A stretch of 64,000 nucleotides of DNA, taken from Stegostoma tigrinum. Lineage: Eukaryota. The DNA is taken from assembly GCF_030684315.1 (NCBI RefSeq), contig NC_081366.1, forward strand, positions 47,964,078 to 48,028,077, read 5' to 3'. The notes below the pieces were generated by a model, which saw nothing but the letters and a program-made list of their open reading frames with translations, had not been told where the DNA came from and searched no databases. Made by a program: the position numbers and the translations under genes. Shown one piece after another: positions 27,655 through 40,216 of this stretch; the first letter of the stretch is position 1; each line of letters begins with the position of its first letter.

Positions 27655-27983
27655 GGGCAGAACAGAGGCTCAGTGGTTAGCACTGCTGCCTCACAGCACC
27701 AGCGACCCAGGTTCGATTCCACCATTGGGCGACTGTCTGTGTGGGAGTTTGCACCTTCTCCCTGCGTCTGTGTGGGTTTCCTCCAGGTGCTCCAGTTTCC
27801 TCCCACTGTTCAAAGATGTGCAGGGGACATAGTGTCCAGGGATGTTTAGGTTAGGTATGTTAGGTGTGGGGAAATGCATTGGTAGGGGAAAGAGTCAGAG
27901 TGGTATGCCCTTCGGAGGAGCAGCATAAACTTATTGGGCCGAATGGCCTGTTTCCACACTGTAGGGATTCTGCGATTTCTATG
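27655..27983 (+). mobile_element. HE1-like tRNA-derived SINE
   Basis: A box ggctcagtggtt, B box ggttcgattcc, central gtgggtttcctcc.ggtgctcc domain and CR1-type tail gggccgaatggcctgtttccacactgtagggattct. Confidence 0.85.
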
Positions 27984-29312
27984 AAAACAGCATGCCTGTG
28001 AATACTCTGTATTGGACTCTAGTCCAATATCTCAAACTTGAAGCAGGCTTGAGTTTCCAACTTTTGACTAGCAATTGAAAATCAGTTTTGTTTATTCTCA
28101 CTTCTGATTAATTTGTTAATACTCTCTTGTGCCTGTTTATGCCTGATAAATATATTTGTATTTATGCTGCTTGCTTCCATACTCAGAGGGAAATGAATTT
28201 TTGCAATTTTTCTGCCTAAGAGGGCAGTAGAGGATCAAAAATTAAACATATCGAAAACTCAGTTCAATTTATTTTGAAAACATGAACTGGTATAGTGTGT
28301 GTGTGTGCAGGAAAACATTGCTAATCATCTATGATCATTGAATGGTGGAGTACATTTGAAGGACTGAAAAAGCATACCCTTCCTACTATATTCTTATTCT
28401 TAAACATATGGCTGTAAATGTGTTCCTTCAGTTCTAGTAGTCAGAGACGCTACTCCTCTACACATTCAACCCTTCCCATGCCAATGAAAATCCAATTTGC
28501 TTCTGACAACTGATAAACCATAAATTTTTAAAAACCATTTTGGTATTAATTGTCACAGTCATTTAGTAATTCTCAGCTGCTCCAAGGATTGTGAGGACAT
28601 TTTGATTAAGTCTAAATGTTATCTGAATGAATTCCTGTATTTACAACTTAGATCAGTTTAACCTGTAAATACTCTTAAAATCAAACTTCTTATTTTATAC
28701 AATCCCCTGACTTGAAGCGTTAAATTTCATTGATCATGATCTTCGATTAATATTGTTCAGATAATCAAGTTACTAAAAAAGGGGAGTGATTTTGGGTAAA
28801 AACTGGCATTTTAATTTCCAGTTAATCAAGCTTGGCTAATCAAGTTTAATTGCTGTTTTATCTGTTGCAGCTCAAGCCTAGGGAATATCCTTCGACGTAA
28901 TCTGTTCTTTTTTGTTTATCTCATTGTCTGGAATGTAATAGCAAAGGATTAATAATATTGTCCCCACTTTGTTACAATGGTTTCTAACTCTGAAATTGAA
29001 TATTTCACTGTTTTAACCTTATGTTCTAGCAAACTAAGCAAATGTACAACACAACCTGAATCATATTTTCTCAATCACTCTTCTACCTTTTTAGTTATTT
29101 TTATCTTTGGTCAAATCTTCCATATGCTGGAGACTAAATGAATCACATAACATAATCACAATACATAATAGTTGAGCTGTTATTCCTGGTTAATGTTATT
29201 ACTTGGTAAGTCAGATGCAAGGCTGAAATCTGGCTGGATAGATCACAAGATAATAAAATGTGAGGCTGGATGAACACAGCAGGCCAAGCAGCATCTCAGG
29301 AGCACAAAAGCT

Positions 29313-29340
29313 GACGTTTCGGGCCTAGACCCTTCATCAG
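29313..29340 (-). ncRNA. Minimal hammerhead ribozyme-like motif (left PLE arm)
   Basis: Reverse complement reads CTGATGA A GGGTCTAGGCCC GAAAC GTC. Confidence 0.6.
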
Positions 29341-29897
29341 AGAGGGGGATGGGGGGAGGGAACTGGAATAAATAGGGAGAGAGGGGGAGGCGGACCGAAG
29401 ATGGAGAGTAAAGAAGATAGGTGGAGAGGGTGTAGGTGGGGAGGTAGGGAGGGGATAGGTCAGTCCAGGGAAGACGGACAGGTCAAGGAGGTGGGATGAG
29501 GTTAGTAGGTAGCGGGGGGTGCGGCTTGGGGTGGGAGGAAGGGATGGGTGAGAGGAAGAACCGGTGAGGGAGGCAGAGACAGGTTGGACTGGTTTTGGGA
29601 TGCAGTGGGTGGGGGGGAAGAGCTGGGCTGGTTGTGTGGTGCAGTGGGGGGAGGGGATGAACTGGGTTGGTTTAGGGATGCAGTAGGGGAAGGGGAGATT
29701 TTGAAACTGGTGAAGTCCACATTGATACCATATGGCTGCAGGGTTCCCAGGTGGAATATGAGTTGCTGTTCCTGCAACCTTCGGGTGGCATCATTGTGGC
29801 AGTGCAGGAGGCCCATGATGGACATGTCATCAAGAGAATGGGAGGGGGAGTGGAAATGGTTTGCGACTGGGAGGTGCAGTTGTTTGTTGCGAACTGA

Positions 29898-30443
29898 ACC
29901 TTCCCCTGCAACCGCAGGAAATGCTACACTTGTCCCCACACCTCCTCCCTCACCCCCATCCCAGGCCCCAAGATGACATTCCACATTAAGCAGAGGTTCA
30001 CCTGCACATCTGCCAATGTGGTATACTGCATCCACTGTACCCGGTGCGGCTTCCTCTACATTGGGGAAACCAAGCGGAGGCTTGGGGACCGCTTTGCAGA
30101 ACACCTCCGCTCAGTTCGCAACAAACAACTGCACCTCCCAGTCGCAAACCATTTCCACTCCCCCTCCCATTCTCTTGATGACATGTCCATCATGGGCCTC
30201 CTGCACTGCCACAATGATGCCACCCGAAGGTTGCAGGAACAGCAACTCATATTCCGCCTGGGAACCCTGCAGCCATATGGTATCAATGTGGACTTCACCA
30301 GTTTCAAAATCTCCCCTTCCCCTACTGCATCCCTAAACCAGCCCAGTTCATCCCCTCCCCCCACTGCACCACACAACCAGCCCAGCTCTTCCCCCCCACC
30401 CACTGCATCCCAAAACCAGTCCAACCTGTCTCTGCCTCCCTAA
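29898..30443 (+). pseudogene. PLE GIY-YIG endonuclease C-terminal ORF fragment
   Basis: Cys motif PCNRRKCYTC followed by NVVYCIHCTRCGFLYIGETKRRLGDRFAEH...LGTLQPYGIN. RT portion absent. Confidence 0.85.
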
Positions 30444-30668
30444 CCGGTTCTTCCTCTCACCCATCCCTTCCTCCCACCCCAAGCCGCACCCCCCCGCTAC
30501 CTACTAACCTCATCCCACCTCCTTGACCTGTCCGTCTTCCCTGGACTGACCTATCCCCTCCCTACCTCCCCACCTACACCCTCTCCACCTATCTTCTTTA
30601 CTCTCCATCTTCGGTCCGCCTCCCCCTCTCTCCCTATTTATTCCAGTTCCCTCCCCCCATCCCCCTCT

Positions 30669-30696
30669 CTGATGAAGGGTCTAGGCCCGAAACGTC
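30669..30696 (+). ncRNA. Minimal hammerhead ribozyme-like motif (right PLE arm)
   Basis: CTGATGA A GGGTCTAGGCCC GAAAC GTC. Core nucleotides intact; stem III reduced to palindromic ACGU; stem I only ~2 bp. Confidence 0.6.
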
Positions 30697-33600
30697 AGCT
30701 TTTGTGCTCCTGAGATGCTGCTTGGCCTGCTGTGTTCATCCAGCCTCACATTTTATTATCTTGGAATCTCCAGCATCTGCAGTTCCCATTATCTCTGATA
30801 CTATCTTGGATAGATCACACTTTGCTTGTTATTTAAAAGAGGTAGTCTTTCACTGAAACATACGCATGCAATGCTCCAAATTTTCTTTCAACAGTAAGAC
30901 AGAAGTTTATTATGCAAAAGATATTAAGATAAAATTCAATAAACTAAACTATTGACACAATGTTATTTGAAAGATTTTGAAATACTTTTTTTAAAAAAAG
31001 AAGGGTAATCCTGACCATCCCAGTTCTTGAGCACTTTCAAAAGTTCTGCCATTATCGCATCTGTAAGTTTGACTTGCGTTTTTTGAACTGTTACTTTGAA
31101 TTCCAGTCTTGAGAATTTGGCCTTTTTCTTGATTGGCCAAACAGCTGATCTTTGCTTCAAATAACTCCTTCAGGGTTCTAAAAGAAAATGCAACTGATCA
31201 GTAGGCAAGGCTGCAGAAATCTCACATAGGGCAGTAGAGTTCTGACTAGGCCGAATTCAAACAACTTCTGCTTGGAATTCAGACTATAACTAGATAAAAG
31301 TGCAGTGTAAATACACCCTTAATTCACAATAGATCCATAGCATTAGCTTTCAATTGACGAGAATATTCAAGACACAAACAGTTGATCTGTTAGATGTGAA
31401 TGTTGTCCTTTGTTGAGTTGTAGAAGTTTGGATTAAAATATTTATTCTTTTTTAACTTGCTGTAGCCGAGAAATATTTCATATTTTCAAAGTAGAATATA
31501 GAAAATGTTCAGCTCATCTCTAATAACTTAAATTTTGAAAGCTTTGTTAGATAACTCTGTTCAAATAGTAAATGTTGTAATTGCTGAGTTAGATGGTTTC
31601 TTAAGACCCTGTGTTTCCTATAAAAGTATTAGCTGTTGCCAGGTCTAAACTTCCATCTGTAGCCTTTTATATTTTTTTTATCTTAGCCTGAGGAGAGCTC
31701 TCATGATGATTCTTTCCAGGTGCTTCCAAGCGGTAAATAAACAAAAGAATTGAGCAAGTGACAAAGACAGATCAACATTTTGCTTTTAGTTGGTCGGAAC
31801 ATCATTAGATTTTAGTGTTATGAGCAGTTCTTGTATTTTTCAGTATGTGTACTTCTTGGTGTCCATGCAAAAAAAATTGACAGAGACTGTGGGGCCTGAC
31901 AGTCTCCTCTATTATTATGACAAGATTTGAAAACTTAATAGCTGATTGGTTTTCATTTTTTCTGTGCTGCATTCTTTTTACCAAAGCATTAAGGGTGCAC
32001 TCAATGTTAATTATAATGTTGGTGTTACTTTTGAAAAATCCACTTGCAATGTCAGGTTTAGATTGTTGATTGAAGCTCACACTGACGTCTTGTATCAAGT
32101 TGTCAGCCCCAGCATTGGTTTTATCTATTTTTAGCTGTGCTGTTTTCAGACGGCATCATCTTTGGAAAGGATAATAAATATTCTTCATGGTAATTCAGTA
32201 GCATCAGTGCTTGGTTCTGGTTCTGTGAATTAAGAGTGACACTCCGATGGCTGTAATTTGGGTACCCTGATTGCTACAAATATATGGATGCTATTTTTAT
32301 GCCAGGTGATGTGAACATCGCTGGCTCAGCCAGCATTTATTGACCAGCCCTAAATGCCATGTGGTGCAGGTGCATTCATAAGAATATAACAAGAACTAGG
32401 AACCCTTAATTTCTTCACTGTTCAAAAATTTATCGAGCCTTGCCTTAAAAACATTCAGCGAGGTAGCTTCAATTGCTTCACTGGGCAGGGAATTCCACAG
32501 ATTCACAACCCTTTGGGTGAAGAAGTTCCTCCTGACCTCAGTCCTACATCTGCTTCCCTTTATTTTGAGGCAATGCCCTCTAGTCCAAGTTTCACCCACT
32601 AACGGAAACAACCTCCCTGCCTTCACCTTATCTATTCCCTTCATAATCTTGTATGTTTCTATAAGATCCCCCTCATTCTTCTGAATTCCAATTAGTATAA
32701 TCCCAGTCTACTCAGTCTCTCCTCATAATCCAACCCCCTCAATTCTGGATCATCCGAGTGAATCTCCCCTGCACCCCCTCCAGTGCTAGTATATCTCTTC
32801 TCAAGTACGGAGACCAAAACTGCACACAGTACTCCAGGAGTGGCCTAACCAGGACCCTATACAACTGCCCTATAGCCTCCCTGTTTTTCAACTCCATCCC
32901 TCTAGCAAAATTTAATTTGCCTTATTAATTACCAGCTGCACCTGTAATTCTACTTTTAGCGATTCATGCACAAGGACACCCAAGTCCCTCTTCACAGCAG
33001 CGTGCTGCAATTTTTTTACCATTTAAAATATAGTCCATTTTACTGTTATTCCTACCAAAATGAATGATCTCACACTTTATCAATATGTACTCCATGTGCC
33101 AGACCTTTGCCAACTCACTTAGACTATCTCCGCAGACTTTGTGTCTTCTGCACCCTTTGCTCTACCACTCACCTAAGTGTCATCTACATATTTTGACACA
33201 CCACACTTATTCCCCACCTCCAAATCGTCTATGTAAATTGTAAACAATTGTGGTCCTAACACTGATCCCTGAGGCACACTATTGGCCACTGACCATCAAC
33301 CAGAAAAACACCCACTTACCCCTACTCTTTGCTTTCTACTGGCCAACCAATCCTCAATCCATGCCAATACATTACCTATAATACCATGCAACTTTATCTT
33401 ATGTAGCAGCCTTTGGTGTGGCACCTTGTCAAATGCCTTCTGGAAATCCAGATACACCACATCCACAGGTTCCCCATTGTCCACCATGCAAGTGATGTCC
33501 TCAAAGAATTCCACCACATTAGTTAAACATGACCTACCCTTCATGAACCCATGCTGGGGTTCCCAATGGGACAGTTTATATCCAGATGTCTTGCTATTTG

Positions 33601-33988
33601 TTCCTTAATGATAGATTCAAGCATTTTCCCCACTACTGAAATTAAACTAACTGACCTATAGCTACCTGCTTTTTGTCTACTTGCTTTTTTAAACAGTGGC
33701 ATCGCATTGGCTGTTTTCCAGTCTGCGAGAACCACCCCAAAGTCCAGTGAATTTTCGTAAATAATTACTAGTGCATTTGCTATTCCCCCATCACCTCTTT
33801 TAGTACCCTGGGATGCTTTTCATCAGGGCGAGGAGACTTGTCTACCTTTAGCCCCATTAGCTTGCCTAGCACTGCCTCCTTTAGTGATAATAGTTTCTAG
33901 ATCCTCACCTACTGTAACCTTCTTGCCATTAGTTTTCAGCATGTTATTTGTGTCTCCCACTGTGAAGACTGACATACAATACACGGCA

Positions 33989-34305
33989 TGGGCGGCACGG
34001 TGGCTCAATGGTTAGCACTGCAGCCTCACAACACCAGGGACCCGGGTTCGATTCCAACCTTGGGTGACTGTGTGGAGGCTGCACATTCTCCCCATGTCTG
34101 CATGGGTTTCCTCCGGGTGCTCCGGTCTTCTCCTACAGTCCAAAGATGTGCAGGCTAGGTGGATTGACCAAGCTAAATTGCCCATAGTGTTCAGGGGTGT
34201 GTGAGTTATAGGGGGATGGGTCTGGGTGGGATGCTTCAAGGGGTGGTGTGGACTTGTTGGGCCAAAGGGCCTGTTTCCACACTGTAGGGAATCTTAAAAT
34301 CTATC
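33989..34305 (+). mobile_element. HE1-like tRNA-derived SINE nested in the CR1
   Basis: gggcggcacggtggctcaatggttagc, B box gggttcgattcc and tail gggccaaagggcctgtttccacactgtagggaatc. Confidence 0.9.
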
Positions 34306-35003
34306 TTAAAAATAACTGTTTAATGTCTTGGCTGTTTCCTCATTCCCAGTTATTAAATTGGCCTTCTTATCCTGTAAAGGACCAATGCTTATCTGCACCA
34401 TTCTATAATGATTTACATATTTATAAAACTTTTGCTGCCTGTTTTTATATTCTGAGCTAGTTTACTCTCATAATCTATCTTGCTTTTCTTTAAAACTTTT
34501 TTGTGGCTTTCTGTTAAAGACTTAAAGATTTCTCCGTCTACTAGTTTCCCACTACTTTTTGCTTTTTTTGTATGTTTTTTTTCAATCCAATACGTTCCTT
34601 TATTTCCTTAGACATACATGGCTGGCGCTCTCTTTTCCTACAGTTCTTCCTTATCACTGGAATATGCTTCTGCAGAGCACTGTTAAAAATCATTTTGAAA
34701 GTCCTCCACTGTTCCTCAATTGACCCACCATAAAGTTTTTGCTCCCATTCTACCTCGGCTAACTCCTCCCTCATAGTCTCCTTTGTTTAAGTACAGGACA
34801 TAGGTACTGGATTTAACCTTCTCATACTCCATCTGTGTTTTAAATTCAAGCATACTGTGATCGCTCCTTCCGAGGTGGATCCTAAGTCTGAAATCATTCC
34901 TTATTCCTGTCTCAGTACACAGGACTAGATCTAGGATAGCTCGTTCCCTCGTAGATTCCATTATATATTGTCGAAGGAAATTATCGCGGATACATTTTGT
35001 GAA

Positions 35004-35029
35004 CCCCCCCCCCCCCGCCGCCGCCGCCG
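35004..35029. repeat. poly(C)+(CCG)n microsatellite inside CR1
   Basis: cccccccccccccgccgccgccgccg. Confidence 0.8.
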
Positions 35030-35774
35030 AAGGCTGCCTTGACCGACCCCGGTTTGACCAATTGATATGTAGATTAAACTCCTCCATGATAATTCCTGTA
35101 CCATTTTACATGCATTAGCTATTTCTATGTTTATTGCCCGCCCCACCACGATGTCATTATTTGATGGCCTATAGACCACCCTATCAGTGACTACTGCTAT
35201 TCCTAATTTCCACCCAAATGGATCCAGTGTTTTGTTCAGAAGAACCTATATCATCTCTCACTACCGCCCTGATATCATCCTTAAAAATCAGAGCAACACC
35301 ACCTCCCTTACCTTCCCATCTGTCCTTCCGAACAGTTTGATACCTGTGGATATTTAACTCCCAAGTCATGGCCGTACTGTGTCCACCGGTATAATGGTAT
35401 AAATTCACTGGTGTAAATGTAGATATCCAGTAGTACAGTTACAGGATGTTGTCAAGGCCCAAAGCTTTTATTAGTATCCATGATGCTAACACGTTGAAAC
35501 CCAGTGCATTATTGAAGAAGGCAGAAACCTCTTAGGCCTTTTCCCTACTTTAAAGCTAATAAAGATTTAATCTGGAAGAGGATTTCTTATTATAATATTT
35601 TGAAATTTTAATTGACATATGTTGATTAGGTAATCAGTTCATTTGTATAACACTCGCTCAGAAGCTGTTGTGATGTTTCTCCAAAATGCTATGTCATGTT
35701 ATTCCTATCCAGATTTTATTTAATTTTGTAAATGCTCAATTTCTGTTTCCTTCTACAAATTCATTCCTTTGCAG

Positions 35775-35875
35775 ATATTTCCAAACCCAAATCCAGGCAA
35801 TCTGTGAAGCGGAAACGAACTGCAGATAAATCCACAAGTACTAGCGATCCTGTCATTGAAGATGACCATGTGCAG
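35775..35875 (+). CDS. FBXO38: FBXO38 coding exon (KRKR basic motif)
   Basis: ttgcag|AT ATT...: (D)[33 protein letters not shown]. Donor CAG|gtgatg; 101 nt. Confidence 0.95.
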
Positions 35876-36564
35876 GTGATGTATGAGATTTCTAGAGCAA
35901 TTTCATTCTTTCAACAATGCTATTAATGCAGTGGGACAAGATTAACAATAGAGAAGTCATTCTCATTGGCATAATCCTTGACTCTGTAGTTAGAAAAGGA
36001 ATTCCCATTTTTTTAATATAGTTTTCTTCCTGTTCATATTGTCTTCAGACTCTTCTTTTTAATTCATTAACGGATGAGGGTGTCACTGGCTAGGCAGTAT
36101 TTCTTGCCCATTCCATTTGCACGCATTGCCGTCTTGCTGGATTTTAGAGAATGTCCTCTGACAATATGGCTGTGTGGCTGTTTTTAATCACAGGACGTAA
36201 CAGGCCTCGCCAGTTTCCGTGCATGGTTTCACCCAGGATGTGTTAAATGATAATCAGAAATAAGATTTAGTTTATTTTCTCCCTTCTTTATTCTTGTACC
36301 AGGGCAATAAGGCAATTCTAGTATCCGCGCCATTGTTTTGGAAGAATTTGGCTGATCCGTCAGAGGTCTGGAATTTTCCTACATTGGATAACTCAGCTTT
36401 TCCAGCTGCTGGGCATATTTATAAGTAGCTCAAATTGACATTTTTATTTTGCAGTCTGTTATGACTGTGTTATAGTGTTATGACTGAGATGGAGGACTGC
36501 ACTTCCTGTTTCTATTCCCACTGCACCATTAGTTCAACATAAGTTTAACTGTTATACTCAGGTA

Positions 36565-37234
36565 CCCATATGGCTATTTATTATAAATCCAATTTCAAGA
36601 ATGTAAAACAAAAAGACCCATCAACCAGTTTTTTTTCAATAAATTAAAGTTAATGTTTTAAAAATATTGGCAAAGACATAAAGTTGAATAATATTTCAGA
36701 TTTCGTTAAAATACAATTATTTACCCTTCGAAATAGCCTCATATACACATCCACTAGGTAAAGAAAAGAATTCGGATTTTTTTTTCTTCAGAAATTGACC
36801 TTTGGAGGGAAAAATTCACTTTGACCAATAATAATTAAGTCTTGAAGGATAAGAGGATATGATATGAAAGATGTCTTTCATCCAACATCCTATAGATGGG
36901 TGTCACTAAATGTGGGTCCTCAAACAGGTTATTTAAGAATTTTTGGAGAATGATTGGATTGGTACTTCACTTATCACACTGAACCCTTAAAAAAGGCAAA
37001 GGATGTGCTGGGTAACTTCTGCCTCTGTCAGCAAGCTGTGCCTCACCTGAACCTGAAAAGTATCCAGACTAAAGCTATAAACCCATATGTTGTTTCCAGT
37101 AAATAATTCATATCAAATCACGTGACCCCTTAGCGTTTTTAAAAAATATTCTAATGCCTTTCAAGCAACTCTTTTTTTCTTTCCTCAAAAAAGAAACACA
37201 ATTCAAATATACCTGCTATCCATAATCCATTAAC
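36565..37234. mobile_element. Possible solo LTR-like repeat
   Basis: Overall layout resembles the LTR at 60160-60753 (begins ..tatgg, ends ..taaca); weak. Confidence 0.3.
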
Positions 37235-37368
37235 ACTAATCCTTAAAACAAAATTAGTCATTAAGCTTCTTCATAATATTAGCCTCCGGTCTAAAGTAAT
37301 TGCTTTAGGAAAAAATTGTTCTGATTCTTCTTCTTTCCTAAATAATTAGTCTGCACTGTGTGTTTCAG

Positions 37369-37471
37369 GTTCTTAATCTAAAATCCAAAAATTTGGTTGG
37401 GATTACACTTGCTAATTGTGGAATTACTGATTTGGTACTCAGAGATTGTCCGAAAATGATGTTTATCCATG
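37369..37471 (+). CDS. FBXO38: FBXO38 coding exon
   Basis: tttcag|GTT CTT...: [34 protein letters not shown]. Donor G|gtgagt; 103 nt. Confidence 0.95.
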
Positions 37472-37937
37472 GTGAGTGGTTGAATTATTCTTGGCAGATT
37501 AATTGTAACAACACGTTGGGAAAGCTTGTATATCATATGCACAAAATGTATCTTTAAGATCGTGAAAATCTTGATGCGAATATGATTCAGAGGAAAGAAG
37601 AGGAAGGCAACTCAAAACATGATTGACTTATGTTCAATTTTCAGTTTCAAACAATGGCAGGTAGCTTAACAATGACAAAACATTGTAGAATGGGAGTAAA
37701 TAAAATCTGTAAAGTCATTCTCACTGCATCAGTGTCACAGTAACGTCTGTCTAACAGTGTTATTTGGTAACTGCACAGAGCAATATTTTAATTAACCCAA
37801 ATAAATTTGCACACTTGCAGAGATCTTAAATTTGGGTTCAAAATATAGGTTTGGGTTTAAGTTTAAATTTGGGTTTTTACAGTACTGAAACTGACTATTC
37901 AATACAACAGTTCTATTCTTAGAATACTAATCTTGGC

Positions 37938-38033
37938 TGAAAACAAAAATTGCTGGAAATCACAGCAGGTCAGGCAGCATCCATGGAGAGATAGAAAGCT
38001 AATGTTTTGAGTCTAGATAACTCTTCATCAGAG
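37938..38033 (-). mobile_element. Short old PLE 3'-end copy with decayed hammerhead core
   Basis: Reverse complement ctctgatgaagagttatctagactcaaaacattagc; homologous to the family B arm (cacagcaggtcaggcagcatc). Confidence 0.6.
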
Positions 38034-38284
38034 CTATACCAATCTTCGTATTGTTGTACTGCTAAAGAATATTTAAAGTATGTGACATAAAGACTTTTAA
38101 GATATATCTTACAGAGGCCTGATCTTGCCATGTGTAATAGGGCAAGATCAAGCGTCATTGCATTATTCCCTATGATTATGATTGTACTAACATAGTGAAA
38201 ATGGATCAATATTCAACTTTCAACTTTAATGTCAGAGACTTCCACGACCTTAAATCGTTTAATAATAAAAGGATGCTACTGACC

Positions 38285-38510
38285 CTAGGGATTGGTCAGC
38301 TCAAGTAGCTGGATGGCTGTTTTGCAGTATAGAGTAATGCGAATAGTTATGGATTCAGTTCACATACCATCCGGGTTTACTGTGAAATCTCCACTTTCTC
38401 AACCTTGCCCTTTAACTGAGGTATGTTGGCTCTCCAGCTAAACGCGTGCCTATGCGCTGTCTGGCGAGAGAGCAGCTAATGATCCTTTGGGAATATGGTG
38501 ACTTGCAGTT
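38285..38510 (+). mobile_element. Possible old tRNA-derived SINE, family not identified
   Basis: Degenerate A box (cagctcaagtag) and B-box-like ggattcagttc. Confidence 0.35.
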
Positions 38511-40018
38511 CTTCACTGCTAACCTACAATGGCAACTGTGATCGCCTGGAAAATTCAGACAACCCACACAGAATATACAAAAACTGACAGCCATAGACTT
38601 AGCATTATAATCAAGAGGCACTCAAACTTGGTGAGGTGTCATAAGATTTGCAACTTTTGTTTTACTCAGTTGTGTAATCGTTTCATATATTGAGGATGCA
38701 AGGATACCTAAAGAGTGTTCAGTTTGGAAAAAATCTCAATTGGGGATATTAAAATGCACTATATTGCAATATTGTGCTTTGAGCAGCAATCGGAAAACAG
38801 AAATCATGACACATCAAAGGATACAGATAGCTCCTCTCTTCCACTTTTCTCTCTCCTGTTTCCTATCCCTCCCTCCTTGTCTCAACAAATGAGTGCTGGT
38901 GAAAGGTACAGCTTTTCTTTCTCATGAAATTATATCTGTCCTGTGGATTCTGAACTATCCCATTAAATGTTTGGTACTGCATCTCGAGTTAAATATAATA
39001 ACCTTTCCAAACAGCAAAGTGAAGGCATATGCAGTTATGAGTCTTAGGAGATCCTTGGGTTGCACAGATTAAATGACCTAACTCCACATGTTTCACTCTA
39101 GCCTTGTTTCTTCAGCAGTGATGAAGTTTGAAGATACAGTTCTCTTAAAAAGTAATTTTCTTTCAAGTTGCTTTTTTACCTACACTGATTCCTGTGATTC
39201 AGGGGGACAGAGAGAAAATCTTCCAGTATCCTCCTCATTGTTTGCCCTTATTATTTCTTTGTTTGATCAAAGGATAGTTGATATGCATTCCTTTGTGGAT
39301 TCTAGGGTCTGTGGTCTTTTCATTTCAAGCTGGATAGTCGTATGCAGTCTTCCATGTGTCAATATGTGCAGTTGTCAGGCTGATGCAAATTTCATGATGC
39401 TTCACTCAGTTTCAGAACCTCTTGATAAAAGTAGTAAATTCAAAACAACTGGTTTTGTGTATTTGATGTGTGTTGTCTGGGCTTTATCACTATTATAGAT
39501 CAACAGTGTGCTTTGTAAAACTATTTTCAACCGCGAAAGCTTCGATTTAAAGTCAAATGCTGAAAGTTGAATATTGATCATCCATTTTCACTACGGGCAT
39601 AACAGTACTTTTGCCCACTATTGGTGCTTGTACTTTTGGTCATGTAGTGCCATGTACATGAATTCCTTCACCGTCTCCTTTGTCTCTCTAGCCCCTTTCC
39701 CCTTTAAGATCATCCTTAAGCCAAGCTTATTCATTATTTCAAATACCTCCTCCTTTAGCTATGCATTCAGTTTTATCTCATGTGGTCTCTGACATGTCTC
39801 AGATCTTTTTCATGTAAAATGTAAGTTAATGAATATTAAAACTGATGAAAATAAAAGCTTCAAAAATTGTTGTTGCTTCAGTCCACTGAATCAAGCTGCG
39901 TTTTTTCTGTTCACCTTTCACAATATCTGGCCTGAATATTTATTTCAATCTATTTCATAAAGCCTTTAGACAGCAAACATGATTTAATAAGTAAAAATTG
40001 GTGTATGTTCATATTTAA

Positions 40019-40216
<198 letters not shown>

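Larger units (their letters stand above)
29248..30806 (+). mobile_element. Young Penelope-like element (family B), 5'-truncated, with ~650-bp inverted arm
   Basis: Perfect 13-bp TSD TGGATAGATCACA (29235-29247 / 30807-30819). Arm 29246-29897 is the reverse complement of 30111-30763. Contains a GIY-YIG ORF. Confidence 0.92.
32377..35370 (-). mobile_element. CR1 LINE with near-complete but disrupted ORF2 (endonuclease, RT, 3' end)
   Basis: Minus ORFs contain GGGVAL, VYRP, LDLVL..LGRSDH, KGRSCLTN..VDVVYLDFQKAFDKVPH and FFTQRVVNLWNSLP. Confidence 0.92.

Noticed and set aside
27655-27725. tRNA gene (A and B boxes; also at 33989)
   Set aside because: These continue into a SINE body and LINE-derived tail, so they are SINE heads rather than tRNAs.
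29502-30424. Multiple overlapping long ORFs on both strands suggesting a novel gene cluster
   Set aside because: Explained by the GC-rich PLE and its inverted duplication; only the GIY-YIG frame is meaningful.
30963-32134. Short ORFs as exons of a nested antisense gene
   Set aside because: No recognisable domain and no convincing splice-site pairs.
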